Below, piece by piece: positions 55,755-64,000 of a stretch of DNA of 64,000 nucleotides (position 1 is the stretch's first letter; each line of letters begins with the position of its first letter). Source of the stretch: Candidatus Marinacidobacterium sp. (lineage in GTDB: Bacteria > Acidobacteriota > Vicinamibacteria > Marinacidobacterales > Marinacidobacteraceae); NCBI GenBank assembly GCA_965204755.1, contig OZ242011.1:1216001-1280000 (forward strand), given 5' to 3'. The translations under genes and the position numbers were made by a program. A model generated the notes under the pieces. The model was given only the letters and a program-made list of their open reading frames with translations. It had not been told where the DNA came from and ran no database searches.

Positions 55755-56446
55755 GCGCGGAGCGCCGCAGCCGCATCGCGGCAGATCGCAACCACTCGGT
55801 CGCGGATCTCCCGATGCGACCAGTCCTCCACCGGCCTGATCAATGTTCCCTCGAAGTCGTCCAAGGCGGTGAGTTCGTCCGCGATCTGCCGAAGCCGCCG
55901 CGGCCCTTCCCCGGCGAGCGCGCGTCCGAGCGCCTCCGGACTGCGGCGAGCGGCGCACGCGACATCGTAGAGGTCGCGAACCAAGTACGACCCGGCGCCC
56001 AGCATTCGCAGGCGGATCTTCTTCGCCAGGATCTCGTCGACTTCCTCCACCGGTACTTCGGTCCCTTCCACGACGACCGCCCGCCGCTCACGCGGGACGA
56101 GACGCACGGCCGGAATCAGGGTGACTTCCCCTTCGCCGAAGTCCAGGCAGATGTGCTCCGGCTCCACCCAACTCCGCGCGGAAACGACTCCGCCGACCTC
56201 GTCGAGCAGCGCGCGCTCGAGTTCCCGCCCGGCGCGCCCGACGACCTCCTGGAAATGCGAAGGCTCGGCGAAGAGGCCCACATCGGTCGAGTGGCGGTGC
56301 GCCCAGAGGGCGGCCGGCGCGGTTCCGCCGCCGAGACGGTAGCCCGAAGCCCCGAAGTGCCGACCGAGCGCGGGCTCCACCCCCGCGAACAACTCCCGCG
56401 GGCCTTCCGGCAGGACGATCCTCCCGGCCGCGGCCCGGGCGCGCAC
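55751..56446 (-). CDS. AbiEii/AbiGii-family nucleotidyltransferase
   Basis: LGGGTA...HRHSTDVGLF, EILAKK, RDLYD motifs. Confidence 0.75.
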   Translation of the reverse strand: MRARAAAGRIVLPEGPRELFAGVEPALGRHFGASGYRLGGGTAPAALWAHRHSTDVGLFAEPSHFQEVVGRAGRELERALLDEVGGVVSARSWVEPEHICLDFGEGEVTLIPAVRLVPRERRAVVVEGTEVPVEEVDEILAKKIRLRMLGAGSYLVRDLYDVACAARRSPEALGRALAGEGPRRLRQIADELTALDDFEGTLIRPVEDWSHREIRDRVVAICRDAAAALRA

Positions 56447-56531
56447 CGGTCGAGTCAGGTCCCGCGCGCCCGCGCCTCGGCGGACGGCCCGCCCCGGGCC
56501 CTTCTCCTCACGGAGTCTTCGATTGCGCCGG

Positions 56532-58622
56532 TCACCGGTGGACGAAGGGGGCGGGGCCGCCGCGGGGGCCGTTCTCCAGGAAATGGCGGACGCCGAGGCG
56601 CATGTCCTCCAGCGCGCAGCCCTCGCCGAAGAGGCGCGCCTCGCGCCGGAGGCCGTCGGCGAGGGGGCCGCGGGCGCCTTCGAGGACGGCCCGCTGCAGG
56701 AGTTCGTCCACGGCGCGGGAGCGGTGGCCGAGGTCCACTTCCGGCAGCGGTTCCGGAATCGGGATCGGGCCGGCCTCGACGGGCGGCGGCCCGGCGCCTC
56801 CGGCCGCGAGTTCGACGGCCAGCGCCGCCGCCCGGTCCACCAGGCGGTCGCCGGGGACGAGTTCGCTGACCAGCCCGAGCGCGAGCGCCTCCTTCGCCGA
56901 GATCGGGCCGCCCGTCCGGAGCAGCGCCCAGGAGGCCTCCAGCCCGATGAGCCGGGGCAGCCGCTGGGTCGCGCCGGCGCCCGGGATGATTCCCAGGTTC
57001 ACTTCCGGCTGCATCGCCGCCGTCGGCAGCCCCTCGCGGGCGATGCGGACCCGGCAGGCCATCGCCAATTCGTTGCCGCCGCCGACCGCCATGCCGTTCA
57101 GCGCGCAGACGACCGGTTTCGGGAACGCCTCGATCCGGTTCAGCACCCGGTGCGACGCCAGGGAAAGCCGCTCGCCGTCCGCCGGCGACTCGATCCGGGC
57201 CAGCATCCGCACATCCGCGCCGGAGACGAAGGCCTTGACGCCGAACCCGGTGAGCACGACGCCCCGGACCCGGTCGTCCGCCTCGGACTCCTCGAACCGC
57301 TCCTCCAGTTCGGCGAAGAGTTCCTCGTCGAGGGCGCCGAGCGCCTCGGGGCGGCGGATGACCAGCACCCGCGCGACTCCGCCGCCGGCGGAGACCTCGC
57401 GGACGACGATCCGCGGGATCGGACGCCGGGCCCACGCCGGGCCCGGCCCCCGCAGCATCTCGGGCGCGAAGAAGGTCGGCTCCCGCTCCCGGTATTCCGA
57501 CAGGAGCCGCGCGGCCTCGGCGGGCCCCAGCGACCTCAGCAGCGCGTAGGGCCGCCGCACCGCGAGGGCGAGGTGGCACGAAAGATCCAAATCCGGCGCC
57601 GAGATCGCCCGTTCCTCGACGGTCCAGGCGCAAAGACCCAGGAAAGCGGCGGTGACCCTTTCGGCGATGGCGCGCCGCCTATCCTCCGGCACTTCCACCG
57701 CTTCCCCCCGCGCCGGGACTTCCCAGACCCGCCCGGTCGGCCCGCCCGCCGCCATCGCCTCTTCGAGCAGCCGGGGGATCCGGAACCACGGGTGCAGCCG
57801 GGTGTGCATCTCCCCGAACCCCTCGTAGGTGATCGGGTTGCCGCCGGTCAGGTTCATGGCGGTGAACGGCCCGATCCCGAGGCCGAGCGCCTCCTTGGCC
57901 GCGTAATCCACTTCCTTCGTGGTCCCGACGCCCTCTTCGACCAGGAGCGCCGCCGCGAGGAACAGCCCCTCGAAGATGGGGTTCAGCGCATGACCGAACC
58001 GGCAGCGCACCGGAACCGGAACCTTCCCGATCTCCTCGTAGAACGCGAGGAGCCAGGGGACGAGGCCCGACGCCGCCGGCGCCGCGGCGATCTCCACGAC
58101 CGGGTTCCGCTCGGCGGGGAAGAAGTAGTGGGCGACCGCCGCCCGTCCGGGCCGGGCCAGTTCCGAGAAGATGCGGTCCGGTTCGAGGTGGGAGGAGTTG
58201 GAGAGGAGGACCGCCTCCGGCCCGACCCGCTCCTCCAGCGCGGAGAAGATCCGGCGCTTCACCGCCAGGTCCTCCGAAGCCGCCTCCACGACCAGGTCGG
58301 CGCCTTCGACCCGCCCGTAGTCGCCGGTGAACTCGACCGAATCCCGCATCCGGTCGGCGCGCCGGTCGGAGAACGCCCCGGTCTGCCGTCCCTTCTCGAT
58401 CTTCCCGAGCAATTTCTCCTCGCCCCCGGCCAGGGCCGCCTCGGAGATGTCCACCACGATGGTGGGCGCGCCCCGCGGCGCCAGCGTCTTCACCAGGTGG
58501 AGGGCGATGTCCGGGCCGATCTGGCCGGAGCCGATCACCGCCGCCCGGCGGATCTCCCGGCCTCGCCAGCGGAACGGAGCGCCGGCGGCCCCGGACGGCG
58601 CTTCCTTCGAGGCCGCGGGCAA
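56532..58622 (-). CDS. 3-hydroxyacyl-CoA dehydrogenase / enoyl-CoA hydratase fusion (HCDH N-terminal, ECH C-terminal)
   Basis: VIGSGQIG, VVEAASEDLAVK, SNSSHL, HYFFP; then AFVSGADV, GGGNELAMAC, QPEVNLGIIPGAGATQRLPRLIG; start estimated at TTG 58622. Confidence 0.9.
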   Translation of the reverse strand: MPAASKEAPSGAAGAPFRWRGREIRRAAVIGSGQIGPDIALHLVKTLAPRGAPTIVVDISEAALAGGEEKLLGKIEKGRQTGAFSDRRADRMRDSVEFTGDYGRVEGADLVVEAASEDLAVKRRIFSALEERVGPEAVLLSNSSHLEPDRIFSELARPGRAAVAHYFFPAERNPVVEIAAAPAASGLVPWLLAFYEEIGKVPVPVRCRFGHALNPIFEGLFLAAALLVEEGVGTTKEVDYAAKEALGLGIGPFTAMNLTGGNPITYEGFGEMHTRLHPWFRIPRLLEEAMAAGGPTGRVWEVPARGEAVEVPEDRRRAIAERVTAAFLGLCAWTVEERAISAPDLDLSCHLALAVRRPYALLRSLGPAEAARLLSEYREREPTFFAPEMLRGPGPAWARRPIPRIVVREVSAGGGVARVLVIRRPEALGALDEELFAELEERFEESEADDRVRGVVLTGFGVKAFVSGADVRMLARIESPADGERLSLASHRVLNRIEAFPKPVVCALNGMAVGGGNELAMACRVRIAREGLPTAAMQPEVNLGIIPGAGATQRLPRLIGLEASWALLRTGGPISAKEALALGLVSELVPGDRLVDRAAALAVELAAGGAGPPPVEAGPIPIPEPLPEVDLGHRSRAVDELLQRAVLEGARGPLADGLRREARLFGEGCALEDMRLGVRHFLENGPRGGPAPFVHR

Positions 58623-58626
58623 CGCG

Positions 58627-60246
58627 CTAGTCCTCCGCCGGGGCCGGCTCGACCGCCCCCGCCGACGCCTCCGGCCCGGAAGGGGACGGCGGCTTCTCGC
58701 CGGAGCGCGCCGACGCCGAAGCGTCGTCGTCCAGTTGCGCCCGCCACCTCTCGATCTGGCGGGCGGCGGCGTCCCGGCCCCCGAGGCCGAAGGCCACCGC
58801 GAAAGCGACCGCCACCGCGCCCAGCACGATCCCGAAGGCCAACTCGATGATCTCGTTGGCGATTCCCATCTGCTCCAGGCCGATGGCCGTCGTGAACAGC
58901 AGGATGCCGATCCGGGCCAGGAGGGCGAACAGGCGCGCCTGGGGGATGGAACTCGCGGCGATCGCCCGCGCCGAGAACGAGGCGAGGGCCACGCCGATCC
59001 CGAGGAAGACCAGCCCCAGGAAGACATGGCCGGCGAACTCCAGCAGCCGGGTGAGCAGCCCGGAGGCGTTGTCGAAGCCGATCAGGCTCGCGGCCTCGAT
59101 GGCGGCCACCACCATGATGAGCGCGAGCAGCAGCACCCGGACGATGTTGGAGGCGGAGAGTTCCTCGGGAGGCGCCGCGCCGGTGAGGCCGATCCGCGTC
59201 AGCAGGTGGTCGAAGCCGCCCTCGTGGAGCAGGTCGCGCACCAGGTTGGAGACGATCCTCCCGACGATGTAGGCGGTGAGCAGCAGGCCGGCGGCCACCA
59301 ACACCAGCGGCACCGCGCCGAGGACCCGTCCCAGCACATCGGTCGCCGGGCCGGTGATCACTTCGAGGCCCAGGCGGTCGAGACCGGTAAGGATCACCGG
59401 GAACAGCACCAGCAGGTAGGCGAGGCCGCCGACGACGCCCGACGGATTGCGGGAGCCCAGCACCCGGCGCGCGCCGAGCCGCTCGGCGGCCCGGTCGAAG
59501 CCCAGCACGGCGAGCAGGTTCACCACCATCGCCCGGACGATGCGCGCGAGCAGCCAGCCGGCGAGCAGGATGATGACCGCCCCCAGCACATTCGGCAGGA
59601 ACCGGATCACCTCGTCCACGACGGTCTCCACCGGCAGCAGGACGCCTTCGAGATCGAGCGCCCGGAGCACCGCCGGGAGGAACAGCAGCAGGACGATCCA
59701 GTACACCGCCTCGGGGACGGTGTGGGACAGCCGCGAGGGCCGGGCCTCCCCGCCGCCGGACTCGTCCAGCCGGTCGTCCACCCCGGCCAGGTCGAGCGCC
59801 GCCCGCACCGCGCGGCGGAGGACCGCGGCCAGCACCCAGGCGGCCACGAGCAGGATCAGCGCCCGCCCCAACTGGGCGGTGAGCCCCATCACCCGGTCCA
59901 GCAACTCCCCGGAGGCGCCGCCCACGCTGCCGACCGGCGCCACCGAAGCGATGCCGGCGCCGACGAGGATCAGGAGACCCCAGAAGAGGATGCGGCCGGC
60001 CAGCCGGTCCACATCGAGTTGCGCGGCGCGCTCCGGGCCGAGCACCAGCCGGATGCCGCCGCGCAGCCGGACCGCCACGCTCTCGCGGAGGCCGAGCCGG
60101 GACAGCAGGCGGCGGAGGACCGCCGCGGCGACCAGCGCGAGGCCGAAGGCGGCGGCGAGGACGCCGAGCGCGATCACCAGGTCCCCGACCGTGGTGTCGA
60201 AGATCGGAGGGATCCTCCGGAGCCAGTCGCCGAACTGTTGGGGCAT
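58627..60246 (-). CDS. CmpX-like membrane protein with 'conserved TM helix' repeats (mechanosensitive-channel associated)
   Basis: Repeated LPNVLGAVIILLAGWLLARIVR...GFD units; C-terminal AVAFGLGGRDAA. Confidence 0.8.
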   Translation of the reverse strand: MPQQFGDWLRRIPPIFDTTVGDLVIALGVLAAAFGLALVAAAVLRRLLSRLGLRESVAVRLRGGIRLVLGPERAAQLDVDRLAGRILFWGLLILVGAGIASVAPVGSVGGASGELLDRVMGLTAQLGRALILLVAAWVLAAVLRRAVRAALDLAGVDDRLDESGGGEARPSRLSHTVPEAVYWIVLLLFLPAVLRALDLEGVLLPVETVVDEVIRFLPNVLGAVIILLAGWLLARIVRAMVVNLLAVLGFDRAAERLGARRVLGSRNPSGVVGGLAYLLVLFPVILTGLDRLGLEVITGPATDVLGRVLGAVPLVLVAAGLLLTAYIVGRIVSNLVRDLLHEGGFDHLLTRIGLTGAAPPEELSASNIVRVLLLALIMVVAAIEAASLIGFDNASGLLTRLLEFAGHVFLGLVFLGIGVALASFSARAIAASSIPQARLFALLARIGILLFTTAIGLEQMGIANEIIELAFGIVLGAVAVAFAVAFGLGGRDAAARQIERWRAQLDDDASASARSGEKPPSPSGPEASAGAVEPAPAED

Positions 60247-60653
60247 GGCGGGATGTTAGTAGTTGCCCGGGGCGGGGAGCGGCGACTCGGCGGGGGCGCG
60301 CCGCCGACCGGAAACCGGCGTCCGGCGGGCGCGCGATCACCGGGTTTCGGGGGGGAGAGAGGCGGTGGAGCGGGGCCCGCGCGGCGCCGACGCGGCCTCC
60401 GGTCGCGCTGCCGCTCCACGGCTTCCCCGGGCCGACCGGGCGGCGCTCCGCGGCCTCCCGCCCGGCCGTCGGCGGCGCCGAACCCGGTCCCGGGAGCCGT
60501 TCCGAAGCGGTCCGACCCCGCCGCCTCGTGATAGATTCGCGGGCCGCCCGGCGGAGCGAACGCCCTCGGCCGACGCTCCGGGACACCCCGGCGCGGAGGC
60601 CGGCGGCAGCTGCTCCGCGCCGGGAGGAGTCGACGAGAAGGAGTCATCACCAC

Positions 60654-61961
60654 ATGCTGCGCCGCCGTTTCCTGAACTCGCTGGGCGAGGCCGGCGGCGC
60701 CGCCTTGGTCACCACCCTGTTCGGCCCGGAAGCGGTCGCCCGCATCGAGGCCGCGAACCGCCGGGCGCCGGCCGCCGAAACTCCCGAGGAGCGGGCGAGG
60801 GACGAGAGTTACTGGGCGGATGTCCAGCAGGCGTTCAGCGTTTCGAGATCGATCATCAACCTGAACAACGGCGGCGTCTGTCCGTCGCCGCGAATGGTCA
60901 CCGAGGCCTTCGTCCGCTACACCTGGGCGCAGGAAGAAGCCCCGGTGTACACCATGTGGCAGGTTCTCGAGCCGCGGAAGGAATTGGTCCGGCAGCGGCT
61001 TGCCGGAATCTTCGGTTGCGACCCGGAAGAGATCGCGCTCGTGCGGAACACCTCGGAGGCCATGGAGATCCTGCTTCTGGGCATGGACTTGAAGGCCGGG
61101 GACCAAGTCCTCACGACGACCCAGGACTACGGCCGGATGATCACGACGCTCGACCAGCGAGTGCGCCGCGAAGGGATCGAGATCGAGTACATCCAGGTGC
61201 CGACGCCGGCGGAGACCGACGAGGAAGTCATCGAGGGCTTCCGGAACGCGATCACCGACCGAACGCGCCTGATCCTGATGTGCCACCAGATCAACTTGAC
61301 CGGCCAGATCCTGCCGGTGAAGGCCATCTGCGACCTCGCCCGGGAGCGGGGCGTCGAGGTCATGGTGGACGGCGCCCATTCCTTCGCCCAGTTCGATTTC
61401 CGTCGCGACGACATCGGCTGCGACTACTTCGGCACCAGCCTCCACAAGTGGCTGCTCGCGCCGAAGGGCACCGGGATGCTCTATGTGAAGAAGGACCGCA
61501 TCCCCTCCATCTGGCCGCTCATGCCCGCCCCGGAGCGCCTGTCCGACGACATCCGCAAATTCGAGGAGATCGGCACGCATCCGGCGGCGAATTTCATAGC
61601 CGTAGGCGAAGCGATCACCTTCCACGAGACGGTCGGCGCGGAGAACAAGGAAGCGCGCCTCCGCTATCTCAAGGATGTCTGGGCCGAGCGGCTCTCGGCG
61701 CTGCCCGGGACCGAACTCCACACCTCCCTCGACCCCCGGATGAGTTGCGCCATCGGCAACATCGACCTGAAGTCCGTGGAGCCTCCGCGGCTGAGGGACT
61801 ACTTCTGGGACCGACACCACATCATCGTCACCCCGATCATGCACGAGGAGTTCCGGGGGCTCCGCATCACGCCGAACCTCTACACCACCATGGCGGAACT
61901 CGACTACTTCTGCGAAGTCTATGAACACATCGCCCGAAACGGCCTCCCCAAATCGGCCTGA
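60654..61961 (+). CDS. Class V PLP aminotransferase (isopenicillin-N epimerase/cysteine lyase-like) with a Tat signal
   Basis: MLRRRFL Tat motif; INLNNGGVCPSP, VDGAHSFA, GTSLHKWLLAPKGTG. Confidence 0.88.
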   Translation: MLRRRFLNSLGEAGGAALVTTLFGPEAVARIEAANRRAPAAETPEERARDESYWADVQQAFSVSRSIINLNNGGVCPSPRMVTEAFVRYTWAQEEAPVYTMWQVLEPRKELVRQRLAGIFGCDPEEIALVRNTSEAMEILLLGMDLKAGDQVLTTTQDYGRMITTLDQRVRREGIEIEYIQVPTPAETDEEVIEGFRNAITDRTRLILMCHQINLTGQILPVKAICDLARERGVEVMVDGAHSFAQFDFRRDDIGCDYFGTSLHKWLLAPKGTGMLYVKKDRIPSIWPLMPAPERLSDDIRKFEEIGTHPAANFIAVGEAITFHETVGAENKEARLRYLKDVWAERLSALPGTELHTSLDPRMSCAIGNIDLKSVEPPRLRDYFWDRHHIIVTPIMHEEFRGLRITPNLYTTMAELDYFCEVYEHIARNGLPKSA

Positions 61962-62081
61962 TCCGAGGCGGCGCGTCGAAGCGCGCCCCGGCAGGGTCTC
62001 CCGCCTCCCGCGCCGCCGGCGGTCCGGCCCGACCTCCGACCGGACGGCCTCGCCCGTCCGCGGCCCGGTCCCTTCCGCCCC

Positions 62082-63626
62082 GTGCTCCAGCCGGCCGCGC
62101 GCCTGAGTCCCGCCGTGCCCGCCAACGAGCCCAGCCCCGCGATCTCGCCGGAAGCGAGCGCCCTTCCGGCGTTCCGGCAGTACGACTTCAACTCCGTCTT
62201 CTACGACGAGATGTTCGACGAGAAGGGGGCGACGCGCGAACACTGTCTCCCGTTCTTCGACCTCCTGCGCGCCACGGCCCCCGACGAAATGGCGCAGATC
62301 CAGGACCGGGTGCGGCGGTCCTTCCTCCACGAGGGAATCACCTTCACGGTGTACGGCGACGAGCAGACCCTGGAGCGCGTGTTCCCCATCGATTGCCTGC
62401 CGAGGATGATCCAGGGCGACGAATGGGATCGGGTCGCGGTCGGTCTCGAACAACGCATCAAGGCGCTGAACCTGTTCCTCCACGATGTGTACCATCAAGG
62501 CCGCATCATCCGGGACGGCATCGTGCCGGCGGAGATGATCTACGGCAGCAAGCACTACCGGCAGGAGATGCGCGGGGTGCATGTGCCCCACGGCGCCTAT
62601 GTCTCCGTGTGCGGGAGCGATCTGGTGCGCACCCACGACGGCTTCGCGGTGCTGGAAGACAATCTCCGGGTCCCTTCCGGCGTCAGTTACATGCTCGCCT
62701 GCCGGGATGCGGTCAAGCGCAGCCTTCCCCGGCTCTTCCGGCAGTCCCGGGTGCGGGATGTCGAGGACTACAGCCAACGGCTGCTCGAGATCCTCCGCTC
62801 GCTCGCGTCGTCGCGCGCCGCCGATCCGAACATCGTGCTGCTGACGCCGGGCGTGTACAACTCCGCCTACTACGAGCACGCGTTCCTGGCGCGGCAGATG
62901 GGCATCGAATTGGTGGCCGGACGCGACCTGCTGGTGCACAACGAGCGCGTCTTCATGCGCACGACCAGCGGACTCAAGGCCGTGGATGTCATCTATCGGC
63001 GGATAGACGACGACTTCATAGATCCGGTCACTTTCCGGGCCGACTCGCTGCTCGGCGTGCCCGGCCTGTTCCACGCCTACCGCGCCGGACGCGTCGTGAT
63101 CGCGAACGCGCCCGGCACCGGGATCGCCGACGACAAGGGCGTGTACGCGTATGTGCCGCGCATCATCGAGTACTACCTGGGCGAGAAACCGCTTCTCGAC
63201 AACATCCCGACCACCCTCTGCCGGGAGCCGGAAGGACTCAAGTACACGCTGGACAACCTGGACAAACTCGTCGTGAAACTGGTCGGCGAATCGGGCGGGT
63301 ACGGAATGCTCGTCGGCCCGCACGCCACGAAGGCGGAACGGGCGGAGTTCGCCGGGTTCCTGCGCGAACACCCGGAGGACTACATCTCGCAGCCCACGCT
63401 CGCGCTGTCCCGGTCGCCTTGCCTGGTCGGCGCCCACATCGAACCCCGGCATGTGGATCTTCGCCCGTTCGTCCTCCACGCCGACCGCACCGAAATCGTC
63501 CCGGGCGGTCTTTGCCGAGTGGCCCTGAAACGGGGCAGTCTGGTCGTGAACTCCAGCCAGGGCGGCGGTTCCAAGGACGCCTGGATCGTGGACCGCCCCG
63601 GCGCGGCCGCGGAAAACGGAGCCTGA
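62082..63626 (+). CDS. Circularly permuted type 2 ATP-grasp protein
   Basis: YDEMFD, GITFTVYG, VLEDNLRVPSGVSYML, NSAYYEHAFLA, VDVIYRRIDD, GESGGYGM, RHVDLRPF, VVNSSQGGGSKD. Confidence 0.95.
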   Translation: MLQPAARLSPAVPANEPSPAISPEASALPAFRQYDFNSVFYDEMFDEKGATREHCLPFFDLLRATAPDEMAQIQDRVRRSFLHEGITFTVYGDEQTLERVFPIDCLPRMIQGDEWDRVAVGLEQRIKALNLFLHDVYHQGRIIRDGIVPAEMIYGSKHYRQEMRGVHVPHGAYVSVCGSDLVRTHDGFAVLEDNLRVPSGVSYMLACRDAVKRSLPRLFRQSRVRDVEDYSQRLLEILRSLASSRAADPNIVLLTPGVYNSAYYEHAFLARQMGIELVAGRDLLVHNERVFMRTTSGLKAVDVIYRRIDDDFIDPVTFRADSLLGVPGLFHAYRAGRVVIANAPGTGIADDKGVYAYVPRIIEYYLGEKPLLDNIPTTLCREPEGLKYTLDNLDKLVVKLVGESGGYGMLVGPHATKAERAEFAGFLREHPEDYISQPTLALSRSPCLVGAHIEPRHVDLRPFVLHADRTEIVPGGLCRVALKRGSLVVNSSQGGGSKDAWIVDRPGAAAENGA

Positions 63627-63630
63627 TCCC

Positions 63631-64000
63631 ATGCTGGCCCGAGTCGCGGACAACCTCTTCTGGATGAGCCGCTACCTGGAGCGCGCCGACCAGACCGCCC
63701 GACTGCTCCGGGTCCAGGTCGGCGCGCTCGCCGACCGCCCGACGACCGAGATCGCCTCCGGCTGGAAGCGGCTCTTCCAGAGCCTGTCCACCCTTCCGCC
63801 CGGCGGTCCGGCCTTCTACCAGGAGGATGTGGACGAGAACTTCCTGCTCGCCGACGCCTACTCCCTGACCGACTACATGACCTTCGAGGCGGACAACGCG
63901 AACTCGGTGCTCGCCCTCTGGGCCCGGTCCCGGGAGAATGCGCGGCAGGCCCGGCAGGAGATCACTTCGGAGATGTGGGGGCACCTGAACCGGTACTACC
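63631..64000 (+). CDS. Alpha-E domain protein, 5' part (runs off the right edge)
   Basis: Manual translation MLARVADNLFWMSRYLERADQTARLL...RENARQARQEITSEMW; the usual partner of CP-ATP-grasp. Confidence 0.9.
   Translation, partial: MLARVADNLFWMSRYLERADQTARLLRVQVGALADRPTTEIASGWKRLFQSLSTLPPGGPAFYQEDVDENFLLADAYSLTDYMTFEADNANSVLALWARSRENARQARQEITSEMWGHLNRYY

Overview
Very GC-rich (roughly 70% by eye) bacterial chromosomal window, most likely Acidobacteriota (inferred from a GWxTD-type protein, a System I*-type ccm locus and a DUF5916 barrel). The housekeeping backbone is tesA-ybbA-ybbP, arsC, pxpA/pxpBC, ispG, citrate synthase, ccmEFH(I)AB plus a distant ccmCD, an NSS transporter, a 3-hydroxyacyl-CoA dehydrogenase/enoyl-CoA hydratase fusion, a class V aminotransferase and a CP-ATP-grasp/alpha-E pair. 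Small defence-like cassettes are scattered through it: ParB-like/PD-(D/E)xK-like/m4C-MTase, a PLD nuclease, two AAA ATPases, a Fic protein inside the ccm operon, an orphan Dam-like MTase, a dcm-GHKL-unknown-DUF6339-vsr operon, a Panacea TA pair and an AbiEii-like pair. Most notable observations: (1) a tandemly duplicated three-gene module of a dead metzincin, a 4-Cys-domain lipoprotein and an active metzincin that is a fusion of the first two architectures; (2) an IS1634-family element with a perfect 285-bp target duplication that leaves both target genes uninterrupted; (3) a ~225-bp structured MITE in two copies with a compensatory base change; (4) depletion of AGCT and ACGT in core genes but not in the islands. 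No tRNA, rRNA or CRISPR array was seen. Family names come from motif recognition by eye, not from database searches.
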